From Selaginella moellendorffii (lineage: Eukaryota; Plantae; Lycopodiophyta): 39,680 nt of DNA. Position 1 is the stretch's first letter, and each line of letters starts with the position of its first letter. Made by a program: the position numbers and the translations under genes. The notes under the pieces were generated by a model. The model ran no database searches and had not been told where the DNA came from. It saw only the letters and a program-made list of their open reading frames with translations. Location: positions 394,291 to 433,970 of the forward strand of contig NW_003314383.1 of NCBI RefSeq assembly GCF_000143415.4, read 5' to 3'. This document shows positions 1 through 11,328 of the stretch, piece after piece.

Positions 1-2772
1 CAACGAATAACCTATGTCACTAATGAGACAGATAATACATGGACATATTATCTGTGTATTAGATGTTAATGTTATCTGTCTAAATGTTGGTATGAATGAG
101 ATCTATAAGTTTTTCAATAAGCAAAGGGGGTCGAAAAGGAAATGAGAAACAATTAAGAAGTTCTTGAATCAAATATTAACATAATTTCACAAGAACTAGA
201 TGGTGAGAAACTATGGAGCTCACCTTATTCTATGTGTGTTTCTTTATAATTATGATAATAACTTTGGGAAGGTGAAGAAATAGCAACAATGGTCAGATGA
301 CTATCCTATAGAAATTACCTAGAAAATGGTTTATGACAAAGGATGAATTGCAATATTCTATGCAGATGAAAAGTCAACATTGGTCCATAAAGAATTTTAA
401 AGGCGTGCACTTAAAATTCACTGCTCATACACAATTTTAGCAACTACCTATTTGGATATATGAAAAACTTGGGAAAGATAAAGTTTTGTGTGATATTAAT
501 TGTCTAGTAAAACTACCACTTTGTTTTTGTAAAAATTAACTTTAAAAATAGAGCTGGTAAAACCATAGTTCACTGCTATTACATTTAAAAAATAGGACCT
601 CTATGATGATTTCTTCAAGTCCTTAGATGAAAATACTTTGCCACTATATGACGATAACACCAACTTGATCAAAAGGTTAGAAGTTCATACCAATTTCCTT
701 GACTTTCTAATATGCTATACCACAAGAGAAAGGCATTGTTTTGGATCTATTTGCAAGAATATAAATCTCACTTGTGATAGTAAAGATGAATGGGTGCTAT
801 CTTTTGTCTTTAGAAGAATATGTTAAAGTCTTCTGCTTTTTAAAAATAGCAAAACTCTAATAAGAAAAAGAGTATTCAGCAGCCAAAGTGAAAAAGGCTA
901 AAGAACCAATTTTTGAAATTTTAAATGATTCTAATGAATAAGTTTAAAAGGAATTACTTTGGAATTTTGACAATGATTAGTAACTTTTAAATGAGCAAGT
1001 TTTAATATAATTATCACTTATTTACATTTTATTATATCTTTACCTGAATGTCTTTAATATATTCTCATTTAAAGTAACCTCTTCTATAATTAGTAAGCTT
1101 CTGCTATTGCTATTTGCAAATGAGACTTCACCCCACCTTTAGCTGAATGAGTTTTCCTTGAGCATGGAAGTATTTTAGACTTTAACTGTTGAATTTGTAG
1201 TGGATTTCAGTGACAAAACTGGAGAGGGACAAAATATAGGCTATATAGCCTGTCATGATACTCAAAGTGTAATATAAACGATATAAACCTATCTTTATCC
1301 TCAGAGCTTAGTATATACCCATCCTCGATGTGTGAAGCTATTGCTATAAAGACTTCTAGTGGAAGAAGAATGGACTTTGGGGACAAGGGTAGAGTAAAAG
1401 AGTGTAACGATGTTGAAAGTTTTCCCAGCCACATTCTCCAAAGGGTCCTTCATGATCTTAGTCACCACTAAAAGATTGCCCTGTCTCTCATCCAGATTTT
1501 CTGGTGAATTCATTGATAAACTTAACCTTGAATGAAAGACAAAAAGCTTTATTCATTTATATACTCAAAAAGTTTTTCTTCCAAATTTTAAAAAAATTAA
1601 AATCTATCAAATCAAATTTTAAAAAATATTAGAGTCTTAAATTTGACTTCTAACAAATCTGACTTCACAAAAACCAAAAAATATGCAATAACTTTACCAT
1701 AGTTAAAATTTAACACAGTCAAGAAAAACTAAATTTTTAGATGTTTACTCATCCTTTGATTAGGGTCATTTTTTAGGCAAGGATGGCAGGAGTCTAAAGT
1801 AAAGTGTATTGGTATTGAAAAATCTAGAGTAATAATAAGGTGATTCACAATTGAAATAGTTAAATGATCTTATTTCTTTCGATAACAAGATTTGTGAGGA
1901 GGTCTTGACATATAGTATACACATTTAGATCTAAGAAATATTAGTAAGTTTCTATTATCAATTTCAAACTTCTTTACTAAAGATAATGACATCTTTTTGC
2001 TTGAGATTTTTGTCAGGTTTCATGGAAGAGAAAGATGGTATAAGTGGACAGCCTATCCTATATGATTTATACTCTTTTTCAACATTTGAGAGTGATAACA
2101 CATGAATGATAACACATGATTGATCCCAAGTGAACATACACCCTCTGAAGCATATAGTTTTATATTCACAATAAATTCTTAAGCATTTAATTCCAACATT
2201 TCTTGGATTCTAGAGGTTTTAGCAATCTAACTGTAATGGATTACCTAGCATCTTATCTATAAATTTCAAAACCAACATTGTACAAATATATGAGGTCTGT
2301 TCATGTAAACTAGAGAGGTGTATACAATAGAATACCACCATCAAAGGTACCACTGCATAGAAGAGATCATGGCCGGGGGTGAGAGTGAGAAAGAAGAGGT
2401 GTATTTTCCTTGAAGCTCAAGCTTCTGTAGAGAAATGATTCGGAAAAGAGGGCAAAGGAAGAAAAATCATGCAGAGAAGGGTGTGTTCTTCTCCCTGGAA
2501 GCAAAACCAAATTAACGTGAAATTATTCTTCCAGAGTCAAGCTTGCGCCAGGCCGTGCCGATCATGGAGCACTGCCTGGAGCTATAAAGCACTCCACTTC
2601 TTGTTATCATCCAAGAGCTCCTCATCGATGGATGCGAGATTTTAGTTCTAAGCAAGACGCTTTTCCAAAGGATGACTAGATGCCTCATCCAGTGAGAACT
2701 TGAAAGTTCCTGGGAGCGGCATTTTATATTGTAGATACGGCACTAAGACTCACAGCAACGTTGACGTAGGAA

Positions 2773-3411
2773 TCAATCGCAGCACATTATATCTCTTTGT
2801 GGAGAATGCTGCACATGGCACGAACTGGATGCGAGAACATTGTTCACCATGATGTTGCCGGAGAGAGTGAGTGGATTGTAGAGACCCAGCTTCTCAACCT
2901 TTGAGGTTCCTGAATCAAGAGATTGTTAGAAACATTCTATGTAGCGTTTCTTACCAGTGATTTGAGATGATTTCCAGAGAATATCTCCAACCTTGAGATT
3001 CTCAGCTCTCTTGTACACAAGTTTTCCACTGATTTCAATAGGAACAAAGTGCCCTGCAGTAAGCTCCAACATATTTTGTAAAGCTCTGTGGACTTGCACG
3101 AACTCAAAAGTTGTATGAGCATCCTTATGGCCGAATGCATAGACAACAGAGTAAACATTCTTGCCCACTGCAACCTGCACACAATAGCGATGTTGTTTCG
3201 AAAGTGCAAAACATATTCTACCCTATCTCCGACATTGAGATCTCTCATGAGCTTGATATCCCTATTATACATCTGAACTGTTGCATCTCCTAACAGTTTG
3301 AAATGTGTTTAGCCATGTGAATGACAACATGAATTAATTACCTGGGAAGCATGCTACTGCAATACTTGCAGCAAAGGAGAAAAAGAGGAGAAGAGGTTTG
3401 GCCTGAACCAT
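2773..3411 (-). CDS. Hint-domain (Hog-like) protein, copy A: signal peptide fused directly to the Hint domain, sterol-recognition region deleted (164 aa; could be a pseudogene)
   Basis: Exons 3411-3342, 3289-3222, 3174-2955 and 2909-2773, all GT-AG, total 495 nt in frame: MVQAKPLLLFFSFAASIAVA-CFPGDATVQMYNRDIKLMRDLNVGDRV...LELTAGH...GLYNPLTLSGNIMVNNVLASSSCHVQHSPQRDIMCCD*. Intron positions match copy C. Confidence 0.75.
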
Positions 3412-3869
3412 TAGTATTCTTCAAGAATTAGTAGTTGGCTAAAATTTCTACAATGACAGAATAATATGTTGGTAGTCCAAACGAGTTGGCTGGCTACATT
3501 TAAGAGAATCTTTTAGTCCTTAGAAGCTGAAACTAACATGTCATCATCTGATTCTTCTTGTTAGACTTAGAGCTACTCTTGCCACCTTTTTTCTCAAGAT
3601 ATAAAACTCTGTCCATCAGAAATCGAATGTTAATCTGGAACTTTTATGGATTTGTCTTGCTAACCTCAGATCGTTGTTCTTCCAGGCCCTCAGGACCAAA
3701 GCATCTCAAACTCAGTGCTGGAGTTTTTTCTTGAGCTTCCACGATGGGATTAAAGGTATGGCTGCTTGAACTTCCTGTGTCAAGGATGGCTTGTAGCGGT
3801 TGCATTTTCTGCCACAAGAAAGTTAAGCACCTTCATTAGAGACTTAAGGTGATTCAGAAACTTAAGGTA

Positions 3870-4972
3870 AATTTGCGTGGTTGGAGCAAGCCATGGCAAT
3901 TTGAAGTTTTCATATTGTAAGTAGATGAAGATCAAACTGTTCGCCAGTGAAGTCCAACTTGCAACCGCAACTCACAAACTTGATGGATTCTTAGCAAGTG
4001 TTTGACAATGCAGATGCAAAATGTAGCTTTACAGAGTGCAACAAAAGGGGATGATTAAGCTGTTCTAGTTCCTTTTTGAATGCAAGAAGAAAGGTAGATT
4101 GTGTGCCTTGAGGGTCATTCTTGGATCATCAGTGTGCACTAGAAAGCCTGTTGGAGTGTAAGCTTGTGGATGGAGAATCAGCTCTCAAGCTCTTTGACTG
4201 GATACAAGCAAAGGACTTCTAAGCTACATTCCAGTTCTTAAGATTTGTGCAAGACTTGGAACATGGAAACAGCCACCAAGTGTCTTACTACACTGAGGTC
4301 TCAGCAAGAAAGCCATATTAACTTACTGTGCATGTCAACCAGACATGTCAATAGATCTGTGTTACATTAGTCAATGTGTAGATTGGAAAATGATCTTGGC
4401 AAAAAAACTAGTGACCCACTAACAAAAAAGCCTTTAATTCTGGCCTTTCTTCACTAGGTTGTGAGCAAACTGAAATGCTCAAGAGCAAGTCAAAAGCTCA
4501 AAGAGGAACTACCCCAGTGATGTCACTGTAAGTCCTGATATGTATTAAGGCTTATACCACCCAGGGAGGGTGTACAATCAAACTTGTTGTGACTGGCCCA
4601 CGTATCACCAGCTTGATAGCTCAACCAAAAAAATGTGGAAATGTGGAAGCATTGGCTAGGGCTTTGTCAAGCTCTAGCATTGATCCTGCCCATAGGCATT
4701 CCCAGAGGAGCTTCTAGAGGAGCTGCCAAATGTACAGGTATGATATGTAGAAGCCTTGGGAAGAGTTTTGGGAGTTATGGTGCCATACCCCCTATTGTGC
4801 AGTGGCCATGGTGGCTTGAGCTGAGCAAGCTTGATGAGCTTAGGTGGTGCTATGGCAATTCTTGCAACAGTGAGAAGTGAATGCTTCTTACTTGTGTGTT
4901 TGCTAATTTTTGCCATCCTCTCAGTTAGAAACCTTAGTTGCCAATAACCTTAACCCAATTTTAATGCTGACA
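3870..4972 (+). mobile_element. Highly decayed Ty1/Copia 3' remnant (RT/RNase H traces, PPT, probable 3' LTR)
   Basis: Broken motif traces: 'LRGLEQA..W' near 3873-3900 (cf. LYGLKQAPRAW), 'TRHV..IDLCYISQCV' near 4338-4382 (cf. TKHIDIRYHFIR) and 'DPLTK' near 4413-4427. Purine tract AGGGAGGG (4563-4570) is followed by TGTACA at 4571, with a plausible end ...TGACA at 4972. Confidence 0.45.
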
Positions 4973-5496
4973 TCAGCTCTAGAAACCTTTAAAACTTTGG
5001 AAAAAACAAAATAAAGTTATAATTGTAAGAATTCATTACTATTAATGACTTAATTTTTCTTGTAAGATGTGTTTTGATTTTCCCTTGTTTTAGGTATGGT
5101 TGAAGATCCATGATGTTGGGATGGCGATAATGAGATATCAAAGAAGAGAGTTGTTATTAAAAATGGAGTCACTAATAGAGAATGGATTTTTATATGCTTT
5201 CTTTGGGCTTCAACCGATATACTGCACCTTGCCCAAGAAACGCTGCATATCATTCATACACTTCGGAGTAGGGAACTTTAGAACAGCCACAAGTTAATTT
5301 GATCAGGTTATAACGTTACAAAGGGCTTAAAGTATGGGGTCACTTTAAGTTATAGTGATATAGATTTTTTTAGGTGGGAAAATATATTTTGTACCTATAG
5401 AACAAAGTTTCAACTAAAGAAGTTTATAGTATGTTTAAGTGATATAGCAATTTGGAATAAAGAGGTTTTTTCTTCAATATCAAATGAGAAGGAGCC

Positions 5497-6679
5497 TATA
5501 AGGTCTTGAATTTGGACTTTTCATAAAGTCACTTAACTGTAATCTCTTGAATTTGGACTTTCTGAGAGGTCACCCAACCCAATACTATTCAAACCCAAGA
5601 ACACTTTAACCCCAAGGATCCCAAGACCCTTAAATGATTAGAAAAATGGGTGCACTCTTATTCATAGGCCTTTTCCCTTTATATTTGAACCCCATTGACC
5701 GTCTCTCAAGTCATTTTTTTTAGCTGCTTACAATCCACCACACTTCCCTGCAAGTTCACGCCCTTGTGAATGGAAGCTAAAAGCCGCAACTCTCTTGACA
5801 CCTTACCCCTCATGTTGAGCCCAATAGGAGCAAACTGAACCAGCCAGATGTCAATCAACTTGTGGTGTGATTCCCCTAGCCAATCAACAGAGTCGGACTC
5901 GAGACTACTCTAATATCAAATTGTAAGCTCTTGAATTTGGACTTCCCGGGAGGTCACCCAGCCCAATACTATTCAAACCCAAGAACGCTTAACCACAAGT
6001 ATCCCAAGACCTTTAATCGATTGGAAAAAGGGGTGCACTCTTATTCATGGGCCCTTTCCCTCTATATTTAAACCCCATGGACCGTCTCTCGAGTCGTTCT
6101 CTTTGGCTGCTTACATTAACTCAGTATTATTCAAACCCAAGGACACTTAACCCTAAATATCCTAAAACCCTTAACTAATTGGAAAAGAAGAAAGGCGCAT
6201 TCTCATTTATGGGCCCTTTCCTTTTATATTTAAACCCTATAGATCATTTATCAAGTCGTTCTCTTTGGTTGCTTATAATTTATTATGCTTCCCTGCAAGT
6301 TCACACTCTTATGAATGAAAGCTAAGAGCCAAATATTTCCTGAGAGCCTTGATTTTTTGACACTCTACCCTTCGGGTCGAGCTCAGTCAGAGCAAATTAG
6401 ATTTGTTAAATGTTAATTAACATATGGTGCAATTCTCCTAGCCAACCGGCAGAATCAAACTCGAGACTTGCTCTAATACCAAATATAAGTTTTTGAATTT
6501 GGACTTCCTAGGAGGTCATTCAAACTAATACTATTCAAATCCAAAGACACTTAACCCCAAATATTTTAAAACCCTTAACTGATTTGAAAAACAAATACAC
6601 TCTTATTCATTAGCCCTTTACCTCTATATTTGAACTTTATAAATCATCTCTCGAATCGTTCTCTTTAGTTGCTTTTATA
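5497..6679 (-). mobile_element. Cassandra-like TRIM (outer, older element) with 5S-rRNA-like LTRs
   Basis: LTRs at 6484-6679 and 5497-5537 + 6116-6277 (interrupted); ~205 bp non-coding internal region; PBS-iMet as reverse complement GCTCTAATACCA at 6470-6481; perfect 5-bp TSD GAGCC at 5492-5496 and 6680-6684. Confidence 0.85.
5538..6115 (-). mobile_element. Cassandra-like TRIM nested inside the LTR of the outer element
   Basis: LTRs 5538-5732 and 5922-6115 (TGTAA...CTTACA); internal region 5733-5921; perfect TSD TTAAC at 5533-5537 and 6116-6120. Confidence 0.88.
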
Positions 6680-7115
6680 GAGCCATATGCATCCTTAGCA
6701 ATAGTAAGCTTTTTAATAGTAGGCTAAACAAAAAATGCAAATACAAAAGAACATATGGATAGTGGATCTATTTTTGAGGTACTAAAGCCTTTAAAAGTTA
6801 CAAGCACACTAATTTAAACTTTGATCTTTTACCTAAAAATTCCAAGATCAAAATGGGTATATTTGGATTAAACCTATGAGAGTTGACTACTTTGCTAGAA
6901 TAGTCCAAAGAAGTAGTTATGCTAGATTCTTTCAATACTTCAATTTGGACTGCCCATACTACGACTGATTTCAAAAGTTCAATTGCAAAAAATTTCATGA
7001 TATGTTACATATTTTACTTAAGATATACTTCTAGAGCAACTTGGTTTTATAAAACATCACTTTTGCAAGTTTCTATGATGTAAAGGAGAATGTGGAGCTT
7101 ACATTTTTTATGTTG

Positions 7116-8262
7116 TGTCATAAATGTGACTTCGGGTATTGAAAGTTATATGTCAGTCAATCCTTACGGACACTTTTTCTTTACTGCCATGATGGTAGGA
7201 GGTCGGTATTGCTAAACCCTTTATTAGTCCCTCTTGTTCAAGTGTTGGTAAACTGGGCTTAGCATCTGTACTTGGCCGGATGAGCATAAGGAAGGAATTC
7301 CTAAGTGTCTATTTAGCTAAGCATACTTGGCCTGGCTTGTTAGTTCTCTTTTGCTCTGTCTTGCACTGGCTTGATAAGAACCCTTACATATTAATACTAG
7401 TCCCTTAATATCATTGGATAATAACATACTGTGTCTGCCAAACACCCTCACTATCATGCCCTTTGTGCTAGTCTCATTTCGATCCCAAATGCTATGTATG
7501 GAAAGTGTCTAGATTTGCTCATTTGGCATATCTACAGAATGTAGAGATTGGCCTAAACACAATAGTGTTTGTTCTGTGTCTAAATTTGCATTCTAGTGCC
7601 ATTCCATATTTAGTAAGTTTTGAGTTTGTCCCAGAGACTAACTCCTGATACTAAGGGAAGTTTGGGGTGAAAGCCCAAAGCGTGTGTTCCTCAGGAGGGG
7701 GGGGGGGGGGGGGGGCCGGGTTGTGAGGGGTTCCAAAAATATAGTAGGGATAGTGGGTAAGTCCAACCCCCGTGGTTTTTACCCTTTATCCTATGGTGAT
7801 TTACTATAGGATAACACCACGAAGTGGAACCTAAACCCTTTATATGCCATGTGTCACATACCACTTGTCCATAGGATAGTGGTGTGGAACCCAAGGTTTA
7901 GGGCCTTGGGCCACTAAATGAAGGAATAGTGCCAAACCCCCAAACATGGAGCCAAGGAGTGATAGAATTGGACCACGGAGTAACTCCCGAGCATATAGCC
8001 CAAGGAGCGAAGGGATAGGAGCCCGGAGTGACTTGGAACAGTTCTAGAGTAACCAACATCCCAATGCCAGAACTAACACGCAAAACGGAGCCAAATGGAG
8101 TTTGGCGCTATTTCGGCATACCGGTGGCTTAACGTGAGGATATGGGTACTTCACCAGCTAGCATGGAATGGAACTTGGGTTTAGACCCAAGCCAGACGCA
8201 GAATAAGGACAGGCACACAAGCGGGAGCTAGACTATGCCTCAGGTTGGTCGGCCATGCTACA
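7116..8262 (+). mobile_element. Solo LTR (~1.15 kb family), copy 1, with an inverted distal half
   Basis: TG...CA termini; TSD TGTTG (7111-7115) / TGTTA (8263-8267); homologous to 9683-11177, 11329-12471 and 39079-39680; central poly-G tract at about 7694-7715. Confidence 0.8.
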
Positions 8263-8344
8263 TGTTATCCCAAACAATGTGACATTCACAAAAACAATAA
8301 TTCATATTAGTTAGCATAACTATTTAATGGCAAGTGGGATATGC

Positions 8345-8927
8345 TGTAAGCAATCAAAAGGAACAACTTGAGAAACAATCTATAAGGATTTAAATATAAA
8401 GGGAAAGGGCTCATGAACAAGAATGCACCCCTTTTTTCAATTGGTTAAGGTCTTGGGATATTTGGGGTTAAGCGTCCTTAGGTTTGAATAGTATTGGGCT
8501 TGATAACCTCCTAAAAAGTCCAAACTCAAGAGCTTACATTTGGTATCAGAGCGGTTTCAAATCTGACTCTATTAGTTGGCTAACGAAATCACACCACATG
8601 TTGATTGACATCTGGTAACTTCAGTTTGCTCCCGACTAAGCTCGACCCGAGGGGTAGAGTGTCAAGAGAGCGGGGCTCTCGAAAGAGCTACAGCTCTCAA
8701 CTTCCATTTACGAGGGCATGAACTTGTAAGGAAGCATGGTGGATTGTAAGCAACTAAAAGGAACGACTCAAGAAATGATCCATAGAGGTTCAAATATATA
8801 GGGAAAGGGCCCATGAATAAGAGTGCACTTCCTTTTCCAATTGGTTAAGTGTCTTAGGATATTTGGGGTTATGTGTTTTTAGGTTTGAATAGTACTTGGC
8901 TAGGAAGTCTAAACTCAAAAGTTTACA
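8345..8927 (+). mobile_element. Cassandra-like TRIM, complete
   Basis: 5' LTR 8345-8538 (TGTAAGC...GCTTACA); perfect PBS TGGTATCAGAGC at 8541-8552 (tRNA-iMet); purine-rich tract before the 3' LTR 8745-8927; TSD TATGC/TATAC; LTRs carry a 5S-like GTTAAGCG...AATAGTA...GAAGTC segment. Confidence 0.9.
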
Positions 8928-10455
8928 TATACTTGGAGTTTTTGGATATGGCTAAATCTGTTGTTTCAAAGGTAATAGATCAATCTCTAAAAGCTTGACT
9001 TGCAATTATAACTACTAAAGCAGCAGATGAGTTGATTTTCAAAATTTTTTATGATCAATTTCAAACATTATGACACTTTCACCTCAACAATTGAGTAAAA
9101 CATTAGATAGTCTTTCAGCACTTACCAATAAACAAAAGTAAGATCTAGTCAATTTGAAATATTATTTTGTACTTTAAAATATCTTTGCTAGATGCAAACT
9201 ATGATAGAAAACCCCAAGGAAATTTTTGTTTTTAGAAGTCCTCCAAGTCTTGATGTAGTTTTAAAGCTCAAAAATGAGTTTAGCTACAACTTCCAAAGTA
9301 TTGCTTTTCCAAGATTAATCCAAATTGAAGTTGAAGAATAATATCATGTTTTCAAAATGTCGGTGGATGATATTGGACATGGAGTTGATCTCGTTAAGTA
9401 GATGCAACTAAATATGGATTTACAATACTCTTGGGTGTGCTTCAATCATAGACACAAAATTCTTGAATGGTCTACAATTATTGTTATTATGTATGATTCA
9501 AAATAAATATATATTTATTCAATTCTTAAGTTCTTTTGTGGACACTACTGAAGAAAATATATCAAGTTGAAATAAAATCTTCAACACTATTAATATTTTA
9601 TGGTTTCATGAATGATGAAGTGCAAACAACAGAGTGTATATAAACATACGGAGAAATGTGTTTAAGTTGAATATTGTGATGATGTTGCAAATATGACTTC
9701 GGGTATCGAAAGTTACCTGTCGGCTAGTCCTTTCAGATATTTTTTCCTTACTGCTATGACGGTAGGAGGTCAATATTGTTGGACCCTTTATCAATCCCTC
9801 TTGTGCTAGTGGAGTTAACTAGACATTTTGAGTGTGTTTAGACTGGACAAGCATAAGGATGGAATTCTTACATGCTATTAGCTAAGCATATTTAGCCCGG
9901 TAAGGAGTTTCTGTCTCATTATGTCTTGTACTGGCTAGTGACAAAAACCTTCACATATTAAGATTAGTCCCTCAATATCATTGGATGATAGTTTACCATG
10001 TTTGTTAAATACCCTCACTATCATACTTTTTGTGTTAGTCTTATTTCAGTCCTAAAGTTTATCCCAAAGATTAACACTTAGCACTAAGGGTGGCTAAGGG
10101 TGAAAGCCCAAAGCGTGTGTTCCCCAAGGGGAGGGGGGGTAGGTTCCAAATATATAATAGGGATAGTGGGTAAATCGGGCATGGTTGACTAATCTGAGGC
10201 ATAGTTTAGCTCTCGCTTGCGTGCCTATCTTTGTTCTGTATCTAGCTTGGGTTTAAACCCAAGTTCCATACCATGCTAGTTGGTGGAGTATTCATATCCT
10301 TGCATTAGTCAATTGGTATATTAAAATATTGTTAAACTCCATTTGGCTTCGTTTTGTATGCTAGGCCTACTATTGGGATGCTAGATGCTTTAGGATTGTT
10401 CCAAGTCACTCTATGCTCTTATCCCTTTGCTCCTTGGGCTGTACACTCGAGAGTC

Positions 10456-10967
10456 TATAAGCAACCAAAGGGAACGACTTGAGAGATGATCCATGGGGTT
10501 TAAATATATACAGGGAAAGAGTTTATGAACAAGAGTGCACCCCGTTTACCAATCGGTTAAGGGTCTTGGGATACTTGGGGTTAAGCATCCTTGGGTTTGA
10601 ATAGTACTGGGTTGGGTGACCTCCCAGGAAGTCCAAATTCAAGAGCTTACATTTGGTATTGGAGCGGTCTCAGGTCCAACTTTGTTGGTTAACTAGGGGA
10701 CCCGAGGGGTAGGGTGTCAAGAGAGCGAGGCTCTCAGAGAGTTGACAGCTCTTATCTTCCGGACCCGAGGGGTAGGGTGTCAAGAGAGTGAGGCTCTCAG
10801 AGAGTTGACAGCTCTTAGCTTCCGGACCCGAGGGGTAGGGTGTCAAGAGAGTGAGGCTCTCAGAGAGCTGACAGCTCTCAGCTTCCGGACCCAAGGGGTA
10901 GAGCGGGGCTCTCAGAGAGCTGACAATCTGAGTGACCTCCTAGGAAGCCCAAATTCAGAAGCTTACA
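10456..10967 (+). mobile_element. Rearranged Cassandra-like TRIM inside solo LTR copy 2
   Basis: 5' LTR 10456-10651 with the best 5S-like segment (10580-10634); PBS-like TGGTATTGGAGC at 10654-10665; internal 63-bp tandem repeat; truncated 3' LTR ending GCTTACA; TSD GAGTC/AAGTC. Confidence 0.85.
10698..10925 (+). repeat. 63-bp tandem repeat (about 3.5 units) in the TRIM internal region
   Basis: Units start GGACCC at 10698, 10761, 10824 and 10887; each contains the short hairpins GAGAG-N5-CTCTC and AGAG(T/C)TGACAGCTCT. Confidence 0.95.
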
Positions 10968-11185
10968 AAGTCGTTCCATACTCCAATGTCTTCACTCCTT
11001 AGCTCTATACTTAGAAGTTTGGCTCCATTCTTTTGTTCAATGGCCCAAGGCCTTGAAACTTGCCATACTACTATCCTTTGACACTGGCAAATGACACATA
11101 GAAAGTTTATGTTCCAGTTCGTGGTTATCCTATGGTAAGTCATCATAAGATAAAGGGTAAAAACCATGTGCACTACAGATGATCA

Positions 11186-11328
11186 TAAGCAATTGTACTA
11201 AAGATTAAAAGCTGCAAACACTTTAAAAGATGCATAAAAGCAATACAAGTTTATAAGTTTATGATAAGTAGTTGTACCAAAGATTAAAAGCTGCAAACAC
11301 CTTAAAAGATGCATAAAAGCAATACAAG
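11186..11328. repeat. ~79-bp direct tandem duplication between two solo LTRs
   Basis: AAGATTAAAAGCTGCAAACAC(T/C)TTAAAAGATGCATAAAAGCAATACAAG occurs at 11201 and 11280. Confidence 0.9.

Larger units (their letters stand above)
9683..11177 (+). mobile_element. Solo LTR (~1.15 kb family), copy 2, interrupted by a TRIM
   Basis: TGTTGC...CTACA termini; perfect TSD GATGA at 9678-9682 and 11178-11182; homologous to copy 1. Confidence 0.85.

Noticed and set aside
1-2350. Short ORFs in the AT-rich left flank
   Set aside because: No recognisable motifs; consistent with decayed repeat DNA.
10580-10634. Genuine 5S rRNA gene
   Set aside because: Only the internal control region is present; the 5' part and terminal stem are missing, and it lies within an LTR.
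10698-10925. CRISPR-like array
   Set aside because: Head-to-tail units with no unique spacers, no cas genes and a eukaryotic context.
10670-11002. Repetitive ORFs (e.g. GPEAESCQLSESLTLLTPYPS x3)
   Set aside because: By-product of the 63-bp tandem repeat (a multiple of 3) inside a non-coding TRIM.
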